A stretch of 63,948 nucleotides of DNA, counting the filler, from Candidatus Woesearchaeota archaeon (lineage in GTDB: Archaea; Nanobdellota; Nanobdellia; Woesearchaeales; CG1-02-33-12): assembly GCA_018399355.1 (NCBI GenBank). It is 5 parts of 5 records of this genome, joined end to end, with 100 filler letters (N's around TTAATTAATTAA, not from the genome) between each part and the next. Parts side by side here need not be neighbours in the genome. Positions count along the whole stretch, not along the records: positions 1 to 16,383 come from JAGYOA010000018.1; positions 16,484 to 32,851 come from JAGYOA010000019.1; 3 more parts are not named here. One strand, 5' to 3'. A program made the position numbers and the translations under genes. Shown piece by piece: positions 9,607 to 19,504 of the stretch. Position 1 is the first letter of the stretch; each line of letters starts with the position of its first letter. Under the pieces are notes generated by a model. The model saw nothing but the letters and a program-made list of their open reading frames with translations, was not told the origin of the DNA and ran no database searches.

Positions 9607-10179
9607 TTATTTTTTCTTGGTTTTTGGTTTTTTCTCTGTTTTTTTATTTAATTTTTCCTCTATCCATTCCAGCTTTCCGAGGCCGCCCTGCCTCATTGTA
9701 AGCCCGAGCTTTGGATTTGCAACATCTTTATAGCTTACTGCAATTATCCTTGCCCTGCACTTATCTCCAACTTTAAGGATTTTTTTTGACTCTTTTCCAG
9801 CCAATGTCTTTTCCTTGTTGAATGAAACAAAATCATCCATTGTTTGAGAAACGTGAATCATGCCGTCTATTGGGCCTATGTTTATAAAAGCACCAAAGTC
9901 AGCAATATCTTTTATTCTACCTAATAAAACTTCCTGCATTTCTGGCTTGAATGTTATCACCTCAAAGTTCGCCTCGTAGTATGATGCGCCGTCTCCAGGA
10001 ATTATTATTCCCTCTCCGACCTCATCGAGCTTTGAAACATCCACTACTATGCCTAAATCCTTTGAAATATAGCCTTCGTACTTTTGTTTTATCATCTGAA
10101 CCATAGCATCCTCTAGCTTAAGCCCAAACATGTTTGGTGGCACCCTTATATGGTCTTTCAATTGTGTTTTATAGAACAT
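9607..10179 (-). CDS. rpoE1: RNA polymerase subunit E' (Rpo7)
   Basis: IRVPP, GEGIIIPGDGASYY, FGAFINIGPIDGMIHVSQ, GLTMRQ.GLGKLEWI. Confidence 0.97.
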   Translation of the reverse strand: MFYKTQLKDHIRVPPNMFGLKLEDAMVQMIKQKYEGYISKDLGIVVDVSKLDEVGEGIIIPGDGASYYEANFEVITFKPEMQEVLLGRIKDIADFGAFINIGPIDGMIHVSQTMDDFVSFNKEKTLAGKESKKILKVGDKCRARIIAVSYKDVANPKLGLTMRQGGLGKLEWIEEKLNKKTEKKPKTKKK

Positions 10180-10195
10180 TTTAACCTTTTTTGTC

Positions 10196-10597
10196 CTAAA
10201 TAATCATTTTAAGGTATTTTTTTTGTCTTAAAACGATTAAAGGAACTTCTTTTTTCTTTATTTGCCTTTTTAACTCTTTATCCTGTGTTGCAACTACAAA
10301 ACTTCCTTTTTTAATCAATTCTAAAATTAAAAGGTCAACGTTTTTAACTCTTTTGTTTTTGGAAACAGTCTTTATTATTTTAATCTTTCCCTTTTTTATG
10401 ATTTCGAGAGCCATTTTAGCTGCTTTTCTGTCATTTAGCTTTTCTTTTTCTGCAAGTTTTTCAAGCTCATTAATTGTCTGGTCAACAATGCAGATTTCAT
10501 ACTTAAAATTGCATATCCTCTCTAATTCTGAGAATATATCTATTTTAAATCGCAAAGCACTAATCAAAAAATTTGTGTCAAGGATTATTTTTTTCAT
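10196..10597 (-). CDS. PIN-domain protein (Fcf1/Utp24-like)
   Basis: IILDTNFL, VATQDKELK; conserved position upstream of rpoE1. Confidence 0.9.
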   Translation of the reverse strand: MKKIILDTNFLISALRFKIDIFSELERICNFKYEICIVDQTINELEKLAEKEKLNDRKAAKMALEIIKKGKIKIIKTVSKNKRVKNVDLLILELIKKGSFVVATQDKELKRQIKKKEVPLIVLRQKKYLKMII

Positions 10598-11369
10598 TTT
10601 TCAGTTCATCTATAATTTCTTTCATTTTCAGTGAGTCCTGCCATGTTACAGGGCTCTCGCATATTATTGTAATATCTTTTCTTCTTTTAAGTATTTCCCT
10701 GGCCAAAGGCAAAAAATCCTTTTTCTCCATAACAAGATGCCTTCTCTCTCCTTTTTCTCCAAACTCAATGCCAGAAAAGTGAGAATGGATGTGTTTTATA
10801 CTCTTAAGCTGATTGAAAATATCAGTGTAATTTATTTTTCCGTTTCTTGCATAGAGGTGGGCAAAATCAACGCATATTTCGCATCCTATTTCATTTCTTA
10901 ATCTTAAAAGCTCTTTCAATGAGCCGAACTGAGACATTTTTCCTGTTGTTTCAGGAGCAAGTGTTGTTTTCCAATTTTTTTTCTTTATCTCATTCTGAAT
11001 ATTTATTATTTCTTTTTTTATAATATCAAAGCATTCTTCCTTGGAATAATCACCATAAAATCCTGGATGAAAAACAACATGGCTTGCCTTAAGATAATGT
11101 GCTCTTTCGCAGCTGTCTAAAATCCTTTTTTTAGATGCCTCAATTTTTTCTTTATCTTTTGAAGCAAGGTTTATGTAATATGGTGCATGCACACTTAAAC
11201 TTATTCCAAGCTTTTCAGCAATTTCTCCGATTTTTTTTGCAAGCTCGTTTTTCATCCTGACGCCGTATGTAAACTCAACTTCCATGGCATCAAGATTAAT
11301 TTTTTTAAGATAGCTTATACCTTCAAGAGTGCTTTTTAAGGGAGATCCTGCAGGACCTAACCTAATCAT
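10578..11369 (-). CDS. nfo: Endonuclease IV-like TIM-barrel protein
   Basis: SVHAPYYINL, VVFHPG, PETTGK.SQFG, DFAH, HSHFSGI. Confidence 0.88.
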   Translation of the reverse strand: MIRLGPAGSPLKSTLEGISYLKKINLDAMEVEFTYGVRMKNELAKKIGEIAEKLGISLSVHAPYYINLASKDKEKIEASKKRILDSCERAHYLKASHVVFHPGFYGDYSKEECFDIIKKEIINIQNEIKKKNWKTTLAPETTGKMSQFGSLKELLRLRNEIGCEICVDFAHLYARNGKINYTDIFNQLKSIKHIHSHFSGIEFGEKGERRHLVMEKKDFLPLAREILKRRKDITIICESPVTWQDSLKMKEIIDELKNEKNNP

Positions 11370-12553
11370 GTTGCTTCTGCCTCTAAGAAACTTTTTGAAG
11401 CCTTTACAACTATTGTAGAAAGAATTATGCTGTAGATTATGAAGATAAGTATCAGGTTAAGTATTGGCTGTATCCCTTCTATTTCAAATGTTGCCAAAAT
11501 AAAAACAACAACTGTAACAGCTATTCCCTTTGGAACATTAAGGGACATGAAAAGCTTCTCTTTAAAAGAATAATTGAGTTTTGAAAAGCACATCTGAACT
11601 GCCATATACCTTATAACTAGATATATTATGAAAAGCATTACTGATTTTGCAAAAAACGAAAAATCAAGGGGAATCTTTATCATTATCCCAACCAAGACAA
11701 AAACAAGTATCTCAAGGGAGTTTGCAAATATATAAGAGAACTCGTGCAATGATTCTTTTTCTTTGACATAGATGTTGCCGAAAAACAATCCTAATGTTGT
11801 GACTGCAAGAACCCCATTGCCTTTTAAATTTTCTGCAAGTATATAAGTTACAAGGGCAGTTGTTATCAAAGCAAGAGGAGAAAGGCTTTCAGAATACTGG
11901 GTTCTCATTATCTTAAAGACAATAATACCTATAAGGATTCCTGCGCCGATTCCTGTTACAAACTGGTTAATAAAAGGGGCAACTGATTCCATGAATTTTG
12001 AAAGAAAAAGCTCTGCTTTGTAGTCCTTAAGAAAATCAAGTATTATAAAAGGTATAAGCACTACTAGTGGCGTGTTGATTATTGATTCAATATTCAAAAG
12101 CTCTATAACCCTGTTTTTGCTTGTGTTCCTTAGCATTGTAAGCACAACATCAGGGGCTGTTCCTGCCATCAAGGCTGAGAAAACCATTGCAAGGAATATA
12201 TTTTTGATTCCAAATATGAGTATTACAGCTATTGTCAAAATAATAAGGTTAAGAAAAAGGAAAATAATTGCCAGCTTCATAGCCCTGAATGAAAAGGTGT
12301 CAAACTCCTTGAGCTTAAACCTTGAGCTTGAGTCAAAGATTATCATAACAAGGGCCAATGTCCCTATGCATGTGAGAAACAATGGCGAGAAATTTATAAT
12401 TTCATCTCCATAATACCTTGCATGCCCTATTACTATTCCAGCAAGAACAAGGAGAAGCACATTTGGTATCTTTAGTTTTTCAGACAAAAGCGTGCATAGT
12501 ATCCCTATTGCAAGAATCACTGCCAATGAAGTAAGGTAAAAAAGTGCATCCAT
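11366..12553 (-). CDS. Cation:proton antiporter (CPA1/NhaP family)
   Basis: About 12 TM; GTAP, ESIINTP, NGVLAV, VPKGI. Confidence 0.88.
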   Translation of the reverse strand: MDALFYLTSLAVILAIGILCTLLSEKLKIPNVLLLVLAGIVIGHARYYGDEIINFSPLFLTCIGTLALVMIIFDSSSRFKLKEFDTFSFRAMKLAIIFLFLNLIILTIAVILIFGIKNIFLAMVFSALMAGTAPDVVLTMLRNTSKNRVIELLNIESIINTPLVVLIPFIILDFLKDYKAELFLSKFMESVAPFINQFVTGIGAGILIGIIVFKIMRTQYSESLSPLALITTALVTYILAENLKGNGVLAVTTLGLFFGNIYVKEKESLHEFSYIFANSLEILVFVLVGIMIKIPLDFSFFAKSVMLFIIYLVIRYMAVQMCFSKLNYSFKEKLFMSLNVPKGIAVTVVVFILATFEIEGIQPILNLILIFIIYSIILSTIVVKASKSFLEAEAT

Positions 12554-12593
12554 TATATCACCGCTTTTTAAAATTTAAAAAAGCGCAGACTTA

Positions 12594-13394
12594 TTAAGCT
12601 TTTGTTTTTCTCTTCCTTAGATAATACTGTAAGGGCTTTTGGTTTTTCATCATAAAAAGCTGCTTTCCTGCTTTTGAGATTTCTTTCTGCTCAAAAAGCG
12701 ATTTCAAAAATCTTTTTCTTGTTTTGCTTGTAAGAATATGGTTTTCAAGGGCCTTTGCAAGCCTCTCAGGATTCTTCAAAGAAGAATTCTTGATTATTTC
12801 AATTATTTCGTTTTCATTTGATTGTTTTTCAAGTATTCTTTTGATGTCATCTTGTTTAAGCAGTTTTTTTATGAATATTTCTCTTGTTGCGTGCCCCATT
12901 ATTTTGTTTTCCTTGTCTTTTTCAATCAATCCTGCAATGCTTTTTGGGTTTGATAAAACAAGGTATTTAACAAGCTGCAGAGTTCTTATAGTTGTATTTC
13001 TGTAGTTCTGCTTGTCTAAATCATCAACAACATCAAAAAGTATTTCGTCAAAATTCTTTGTTTTTATTTCCCCTGTGTTAAATCCTTTTCCCGAGGTGAT
13101 TAATACTTTCTCATAATTCTCTTCTTTTCCAACAAATTCTTTTATAACCTGTTTTACTTTTTTTGATACTGTTTTGTCTTGAAATTTTTTTGCATATTCA
13201 TTAAGCTCTTTTTCAGCAAAGCCTGAACTTATAGAGCAGCTAACCTCTACATGCTGTATTTTTTCCAGCTTTCCTTCAGAATGCTTTACTGCTATTATAT
13301 CAATTACCTTGTTTTTTCCTGCATTTATATCATTTATTGTAAAGAAGCCGTTTTTGTTGAGCCAAAGATTAACAATTTCCTTTTCCGGATTCAT
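12594..13394 (-). CDS. Hypothetical protein with N-terminal restriction-endonuclease-like fold
   Basis: E.IV..WL..NGFF..IDIIAV..HVEVS pattern. Confidence 0.55.
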   Translation of the reverse strand: MNPEKEIVNLWLNKNGFFTINDINAGKNKVIDIIAVKHSEGKLEKIQHVEVSCSISSGFAEKELNEYAKKFQDKTVSKKVKQVIKEFVGKEENYEKVLITSGKGFNTGEIKTKNFDEILFDVVDDLDKQNYRNTTIRTLQLVKYLVLSNPKSIAGLIEKDKENKIMGHATREIFIKKLLKQDDIKRILEKQSNENEIIEIIKNSSLKNPERLAKALENHILTSKTRKRFLKSLFEQKEISKAGKQLFMMKNQKPLQYYLRKRKTKA

Positions 13395-13553
13395 AAAAAG
13401 CACCTCTTTCAAGGCCCATTAAGAGCCTGAATCCCCAATCTTAAAACTAAAGCAATACTTTCATTTCAATAATATAACTATTTAAATCTTTCTAATGTTT
13501 TTTCATGAAATATAATCAGTTAAATTTAAATAAATTTAATATAATAGACTATT

Positions 13554-13730
13554 ATGAATGGAAATCCAGATATAAGGTCTGTTATATTGAAATTAGGCTT
13601 TTTTGTTATTTTCTTTGGCCTTGTTCTTTTTGCATTTGGTGTTGAATTTGCAGGGAAGATAATCGCACTTATTGGAATGCTTATTGCCTTCTTTGGCGGC
13701 CTGGGCAAAAAACTCGGCCTCGGCATTTAA
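13554..13730 (+). CDS. Small two-TM membrane protein (58 aa)
   Basis: Own translation MNGNPDIRSVILKLGFFVIFFGLVLFAFGVEFAGKIIALIGMLIAFFGGLGKKLGLGI; below ORF-track cutoff. Confidence 0.65.
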   Translation: MNGNPDIRSVILKLGFFVIFFGLVLFAFGVEFAGKIIALIGMLIAFFGGLGKKLGLGI

Positions 13731-13768
13731 CAGATAGTTTTTTAAACTATTTTGAAATACTGTTTAAC

Positions 13769-14491
13769 ATGGCAATCCTTGAACTTAAAAATATATTTTT
13801 TCAGAAGGATGAAAAAAGAATAATAGATGGTGTATCCCTTTCAATTGAACAGGGAGTTGTTTATGCTGTAGTAGGGCCAAACGGAGCCGGAAAATCAACC
13901 CTTGCAAATATTATAATGGGACTGGACGGATACAGGGAAATAAAAGGAGATATACTTTTTAAGGATGAGTCAATTGCTGATCTTTCTGTGACAGACAGGG
14001 CAAAAAAGGGGATTACCCTCGCATGGCAGGAGCCTTCAAGATTTGAGGGATTAAAGGTAAAAATATACCTTAAGTCTTCTGGGAAAAATGACATTAGAGA
14101 TGCAATCAACAGAGTTGGACTTAACCCTGATGACTACCTTGAAAGGGCTGTTGATTCAACGCTTAGTGGAGGAGAAAGGAAAAGGTTAGAGATAGCATCT
14201 ATACTTACAATGAAACCTAAGCTAGTGATATTGGATGAGCCTGACTCTGGAATAGATATTGAGGCCATAAACAAGATTTTTGAAACAATAAAATATCTTA
14301 AGGAAAGCGGAACAACAGTAATATTAATAACCCACAGTTTAGATGTTTTGAAAAAAGCAGAATATGCGTTTATACTCTGCAATGGAAAAATAATTGATAA
14401 GGGAAAAACAAGTGAAATAGGCAAATATTTTATTGAAAGATGCATGTCATGCAGGCACAAAAATGTACCTGATGAAAACAAGATAAAATGA
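13769..14491 (+). CDS. sufC: Fe-S assembly ABC ATPase SufC/SmsC
   Basis: GPNGAGKST, LSGGERKR, LDEPDSGID, C-terminal CMSCRH. Confidence 0.92.
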   Translation: MAILELKNIFFQKDEKRIIDGVSLSIEQGVVYAVVGPNGAGKSTLANIIMGLDGYREIKGDILFKDESIADLSVTDRAKKGITLAWQEPSRFEGLKVKIYLKSSGKNDIRDAINRVGLNPDDYLERAVDSTLSGGERKRLEIASILTMKPKLVILDEPDSGIDIEAINKIFETIKYLKESGTTVILITHSLDVLKKAEYAFILCNGKIIDKGKTSEIGKYFIERCMSCRHKNVPDENKIK

Positions 14492-15411
14492 GCGAATATG
14501 ATGAATTAATAAAAACTGCAGGGCTTCACAAGGAAGCAGAAGATAAGAGAGTTGCAAAGCTTGTTATAAGTGATAATGAGATAGTTGGCGGAAATAACAT
14601 AGATGGAATAGAAATAAAAACAGATGCAACAGAAGAGCAGATAAATATTGATGTCAGAGTAAAAGAAGGATATGTAATAGAAAATCCAGTCCATATGTGT
14701 TTTGGCGTTCTAAAAAAGGAATTCAACCAAAAAATAAATCTTAATATAGAAGTGGAAGACAATGCAGAAGTAACAATAGTAGGGCATTGTATTTTTCCAA
14801 AAGCTGTTAAGGTTAAGCATTTCATGGATGCCAAAATAAAAATAAAAGAAAACTCAAAATACAGCTATTTTGAAAAGCATATACATAGTGATACTGGAGG
14901 AGTGGAAGTTTACCCAAAGGCTGTTGTTGAGGTTGGAAAAAATTCAAAATTCAAGACAGAGTTTGAGTTATTGAAAGGGCGTGTCGGATTGCTTGATATA
15001 GACTATAAAGCTGATGGATGTAAAAACAGCGTTATTGATGTTATAGCAAGGATAAGCGGTTACAAGGATGACATAATAAAAATAAATGAGTCTGCAAACC
15101 TCAAAGAAGAATATGCAAGAGGAGTTTTAAGGTCAAGGGTTGCTGTAAGGGATGATGCCAAGGCAGAAGTTTACAACAAAATAACTGCTTCTGCTGCTCA
15201 TGCGCGTGGCCATGTTGACTGCACAGAAATATTGCAGGGCAATGGGATTGTTAAAGCTTATCCTGATGTTGAGGTATTGCATCCAAAAGCAAGAGTAACA
15301 CATGAGGCAAAATTAGGAGGAATAGAAAACAAGCAGCTTGAAACTCTGATGGCCCGCGGTTTAACAGAAAAAGAGGCAGAAGAGATAATAATAGAGGGTT
15401 TATTGTCTTAG
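14488..15411 (+). CDS. sufB: Fe-S assembly scaffold SufB/SmsB
   Basis: PVHMCFG, GHVDCTEI, VTHEAKLG, LMARGL. Confidence 0.9.
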   Translation: MSEYDELIKTAGLHKEAEDKRVAKLVISDNEIVGGNNIDGIEIKTDATEEQINIDVRVKEGYVIENPVHMCFGVLKKEFNQKINLNIEVEDNAEVTIVGHCIFPKAVKVKHFMDAKIKIKENSKYSYFEKHIHSDTGGVEVYPKAVVEVGKNSKFKTEFELLKGRVGLLDIDYKADGCKNSVIDVIARISGYKDDIIKINESANLKEEYARGVLRSRVAVRDDAKAEVYNKITASAAHARGHVDCTEILQGNGIVKAYPDVEVLHPKARVTHEAKLGGIENKQLETLMARGLTEKEAEEIIIEGLLS

Positions 15412-16364
15412 AATTTCATTATTCTGTCTTTGTAGTCTTCTTTGGCCAGTAAAACAACACGGCTTTCTTTTTTCTCATCTATAACTTTGTAATCTGATAA
15501 ATCTGCAATCTTTTTTGCAAATTCTTTTACATCTTTATGATAAGGCATATTTTCCTTCTTTAGTCTTTCTCTTGATGATCCAACAAACATATATGCCTTA
15601 ACTTCAACAAACATTGGATTTGCTTTTTTTATAAGTTCTGCAAATTCTTTTTCTTTGTTCATGTTTATTTTTTTCATTGCAGTTATCCTTATTGTTGTTC
15701 TTGTGTTCAGCTTTGACATTATCTCAAGAGATTTATTTAGTCTTTTCCATCCATCCTTAAAGCACGATTTGTTGAGTTTTTTAAAATCCTCTTTGTTTGA
15801 TGAGCTTAATGATATGTAAAGCTGAGTTGGCAATTCTTTAAGATTTTTAATTACATCAGGAAACTGTCCGTTTGTAACAAGAAAGGTTGTTTTTCCTAAT
15901 TTATAAAGTTCTGAAATCAACTCTCCAAGCTTTGGATAAATGGTTGGCTCTCCTGTTAAGGATATTGCAAAGTGCATGGGCTCCTGGGCTTGCTTAAACT
16001 TCTTCATGTTTGTTTTTTCATTTCCAGGATATCCGTTAATTAACTTTCTTTGGCATAGAATGGAGTTTTTTATTATATTTTCTGGCTCATCTACAATATG
16101 GTTCATTTTAAATCCGGCTGTGTAATCCATCTCTCTCCAGCAGTGTATGCACTGGTTTGTGCAGAATCCTACAGAAGGTGTGATTTGGCAGCATAAATGG
16201 CATCTTATTCCATAAAACTTTTCCTTGTAGCATATACCCTCATCTACCAGTGATTTCTTTGTCCAGGTGCATATCTTTACAGCAGAGTGCTCTCCTGAAA
16301 AACAATACTGCTGCTTTTCAAGCAGTTTCTTAAGCTCAGGACTTATAGTTGTTTTTTCATTCAT
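15408..16364 (-). CDS. taw1: 4-demethylwyosine synthase Taw1/TYW1 (radical SAM)
   Basis: HSAVKICTWT, CYKEKFYGI, CTNQCIHCWR, ISLTGEPT, EVKAYMFVGSSR. Confidence 0.95.
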   Translation of the reverse strand: MNEKTTISPELKKLLEKQQYCFSGEHSAVKICTWTKKSLVDEGICYKEKFYGIRCHLCCQITPSVGFCTNQCIHCWREMDYTAGFKMNHIVDEPENIIKNSILCQRKLINGYPGNEKTNMKKFKQAQEPMHFAISLTGEPTIYPKLGELISELYKLGKTTFLVTNGQFPDVIKNLKELPTQLYISLSSSNKEDFKKLNKSCFKDGWKRLNKSLEIMSKLNTRTTIRITAMKKINMNKEKEFAELIKKANPMFVEVKAYMFVGSSRERLKKENMPYHKDVKEFAKKIADLSDYKVIDEKKESRVVLLAKEDYKDRIMKF

Positions 16365-16383
16365 ACTAAAAAAAACCATAGTT

Positions 16384-16483
16384 NNNNNNNNNNNNNNNNN
16401 NNNNNNNNNNNNNNNNNNNNNNNNNNNTTAATTAATTAANNNNNNNNNNNNNNNNNNNNNNNNNNNNNNNNNNNNNNNNNNNN
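16384..16483. other. Artificial contig linker
   Basis: N-run + TTAATTAATTAA + N-run. Confidence 0.98.
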
Positions 16484-17634
16484 AAAAGAATAATATTAGA
16501 GCTCTAAAAAAAGATATATCAAGAATACTTACTGTTATATCTGAGAAGAAGAAAGAAGAATTAAAAAAAATTGAAGAAGCAAAAGATAAACCTAAAGAAA
16601 AACCAAAACAAGAAAAGAAAAAACCTGAGGAAGTAAAAGAAGAAATTAAAGAAGAAAAATCTGAAGAAAAAGAATTAAAAGAAGAGATTAAAAAAGAGAG
16701 TGAGGAAAAACCTGAAAAAAAAGAACACGAAAAAGCAGAGGAAGAACCAACAGAAGAAAAAAAAGGATTCTTTAAAAAAATAACAGATGTTATCTCCAAG
16801 AAATCCCTTTCTGAAAAACAGTTTGATGAATTGTTTTTCGAACTTGAAATAGCGTTAATGGAAAATAATGTTGCTCTTGAAGTTATAGAAAAAATAAAAC
16901 AGGATTTGAAAAAAGAACTTGTTGAAAAACAAATTTCAAGAAAAAGCGTAAAAGAAATTGTTGCAGATACTCTGAAAAAGTCAATACAAGAGCTTTTTGA
17001 TGTTGATAAAATAGATCTTTTTGAAAAAATAAATGAAAAAAAGCCTTTTGTTATATGTTTTGTTGGGATAAATGGATCAGGAAAGACAACAACTATTGCT
17101 AAGGTTTGCAGACTTTTGCAGAAAAACAATTTAAATTGCGTTCTTGCTGCATCAGACACCTTCAGGGCAGCTTCAATAGAGCAGCTCCAACTGCATGCAG
17201 ACAATCTTAAGGTGAGACTGATAAAGCATGATTATGGTTCTGACCCTGCTGCTGTTGCATTTGATGCAATAAAATATGCTGAGTCAAAAAAGCAGGATGT
17301 TGTTTTGATTGACACGGCAGGAAGGCTTCATTCAAATTCAAACCTTATGGATGAATTAAAAAAAGTTGTGAGAGTTTCAAAGCCTGATTTAGTTATATTT
17401 ATTGGTGAGAGCATAACAGGCAATGACTGCGTTGAGCAGGCCCAAAAGTTTAACGATGCTATTGGAATAGATGGAATAATACTCACAAAGTCAGACATCG
17501 ATGAAAAAGGCGGAGCAGCAGTATCTGTTTCTTATATCACAAAAAAACCGATTTTATATCTTGGGGTTGGCCAGGAATATGATGATTTAAAGAAGTTTGA
17601 CTCTGAAATAATAACCTCTAACATCGGTTTATAG
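16484..17634 (+). CDS. ftsY: SRP receptor FtsY, 5'-truncated, with uL29-like segment and charged linker upstream of the NG domain
   Basis: Frame open from 16486; GINGSGKTTT, DTFRAA, DTAGR, TKSD, GVGQEYDDL. Confidence 0.95.
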
Positions 17635-17692
17635 AAAAACTTAAATAGTCTTAAGGCCAAAATTTGAATATAACACTTAAAGAGGTGATTTA

Positions 17693-18052
17693 ATGGCAAA
17701 AAAGAAGAAGTTGTCAAAGAAATCAAAAAAAGAGACAAAAAAAACTGAGTTGGGCCTTGATGAAAATATCGCGGGGCTTCTTTGCTATGTTCTTACCTGG
17801 GTTTCGGGGCTGGTGATGTTATTAATTGAAAAGAAAAATAAGTTTGTAAGATTTCATGCAATCCAATCAATAGTAGTATTTCTTCCACTGCATATACTTG
17901 TGATGATCCCTTTTATAGGATGGACACTTGCGTTTATAATCGGACCATTAACATTGATATTGTGGATAGTTTTGATAATAAAGGCTTATCAGGGAGAGAA
18001 ATTCAAGATCCCTATAGCAGGAGATATTGCTGAGAATCAACTAAATAAATGA
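17693..18052 (+). CDS. DUF4870 membrane protein
   Basis: GLDENIAGLLCY, FVRFHAIQS, KAYQGEKFKIP. Confidence 0.88.
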   Translation: MAKKKKLSKKSKKETKKTELGLDENIAGLLCYVLTWVSGLVMLLIEKKNKFVRFHAIQSIVVFLPLHILVMIPFIGWTLAFIIGPLTLILWIVLIIKAYQGEKFKIPIAGDIAENQLNK

Positions 18053-18062
18053 GGTGAAATAA

Positions 18063-18746
18063 ATGGTTAATTTTGAGGGAGCAATAAAAAGGCCTTTTAC
18101 TGATTTCAAAAAGCTTGGAATTGGCGCACTGATGTATATGATTCCAATAGTGAGCTTTATAACAATGTTTTTTGCGTTGGGGTATGGTCTTGAATGCGCA
18201 AAGACAGCAATGAAGAAAAAAGAAAAGCTGCCTGAATGGACAGACTGGGGAAACTTATTTCTTAAAGGACTTTCAGTTTTTGCTATTGCATTAATCTATG
18301 CGATACCTATTGGAATAATAGCAGCATTTATGGTTGTAAAAGCAATACAAGGAATAGGATCGTACAATACAATGTTATCTGTCCAACCAGAGATGATTAT
18401 GTCTAACATGGCTTCATTAGGATTAGGGTTCATCCTACTTATAGTTCTATTACTACTTTTATCCTATATAATGCCAATGGTATTGATGTTTTTTGTTGAC
18501 AAGTGGAAGTTTGGAGATGCATTCAAACTTGGAGAGATATTCAAAAAAGCATTTACAGGAAAATATTTTGTTGCATGGATAGTTATTATGGTATATTCAT
18601 TTGCCATTAGTTTTTTAGTTGGAATAGTATCAGCAATAACAGCGGTTACATTTATCCTTCCATTAATAATATCTGCATTTTTGAATATGGTCTTAATGAT
18701 AACATCGATGACAGTATTCGGAGAAGTATACAAAGAAATTAAATAA
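18063..18746 (+). CDS. DUF4013 membrane protein
   Basis: AIKRPF, LGY, LPEWTDWGNLFLKGL. Confidence 0.85.
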   Translation: MVNFEGAIKRPFTDFKKLGIGALMYMIPIVSFITMFFALGYGLECAKTAMKKKEKLPEWTDWGNLFLKGLSVFAIALIYAIPIGIIAAFMVVKAIQGIGSYNTMLSVQPEMIMSNMASLGLGFILLIVLLLLLSYIMPMVLMFFVDKWKFGDAFKLGEIFKKAFTGKYFVAWIVIMVYSFAISFLVGIVSAITAVTFILPLIISAFLNMVLMITSMTVFGEVYKEIK

Positions 18747-18760
18747 CTATTTTTTTTATT

Positions 18761-19420
18761 TTATTCAAATTCTATTTTGCCGTTGAGATAAACGCCTTTG
18801 TGGAGCTTTACAGGCCTCCATTTATCCTCAACTAATTCAGCGTCAAGCCATTCTGCAAACTGCTCTGGATTTCCTATTGTTGCTGAAAGGCCCACTATCT
18901 GCACGTTTTTCAGAAGCTTTCTCAATATAGTTATGACTATTTCCAGTGTTGGGCCCCTTCCAGGATCATTTAATAAATGGATTTCATCAAAAATAACAAC
19001 TGCAATATTATTGAGCCATCCTGCCTTGTGCCTTATCAACGAATCAAATTTCTCGCTCGTAGTTATAATCAAGTCATAATCAATTAAATAAGGGTCTGCA
19101 GAATCAATATCTCCAATAGATAATGCTGTTCTTATAAAAGGATATTTTTCCTTGAATGAATTAAATTTTTCTGATGCCAGGGCTTTTAAAGGAACAACAT
19201 AAACTGCTTTTCCTTTTCTTTCCATTATATTTTTTGTGAAGGCGAGCTCTCCACATAATGTCTTTCCGCTTGCAGTTGGAGTGCATACAAGAATATTTTT
19301 TCCTTTCAACAGCCCTTTTTTTATTGACTTTTCCTGGCAGGGCCTAAGCTCCTTAACCTCTTTTTCCACAATATCATAAACCCTTTCAGGAATATTTCTT
19401 TTTATCTCTTTAATATGCAT
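18761..19420 (-). CDS. Stand-alone N-terminal RecA domain of Hel308/Ski2-like SF2 helicase
   Basis: Q motif, PTASGKT, PLKALA, DEIH, GLSAT, WRPVKL, then stop. Confidence 0.85.
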   Translation of the reverse strand: MHIKEIKRNIPERVYDIVEKEVKELRPCQEKSIKKGLLKGKNILVCTPTASGKTLCGELAFTKNIMERKGKAVYVVPLKALASEKFNSFKEKYPFIRTALSIGDIDSADPYLIDYDLIITTSEKFDSLIRHKAGWLNNIAVVIFDEIHLLNDPGRGPTLEIVITILRKLLKNVQIVGLSATIGNPEQFAEWLDAELVEDKWRPVKLHKGVYLNGKIEFE

Positions 19421-19504
19421 ATTATTTTTTTTAAGACACATGATTTAAATACATTGTTGTTTTACCTGCAAATATTTATATAATCAAAACAATTTTATTA
19501 CATT

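Noticed and set aside
12562..12585. CGCTTTTT/AAAAAGCG hairpin next to the antiporter SD
   Set aside because: Mostly A/T pairs; cannot be distinguished from a chance or terminator hairpin
16384..16483. TTAATTAATTAA flanked by N-runs, four copies
   Set aside because: Artificial all-frame-stop contig linker; ORFs running into it with X residues are artefacts
16428..17204. 258-aa minus-strand ORF and similar Phe/Ser-rich ORFs (e.g. 8848-9210, 7005-7403, 39519-39827)
   Set aside because: Antisense shadows of E/K-rich genes
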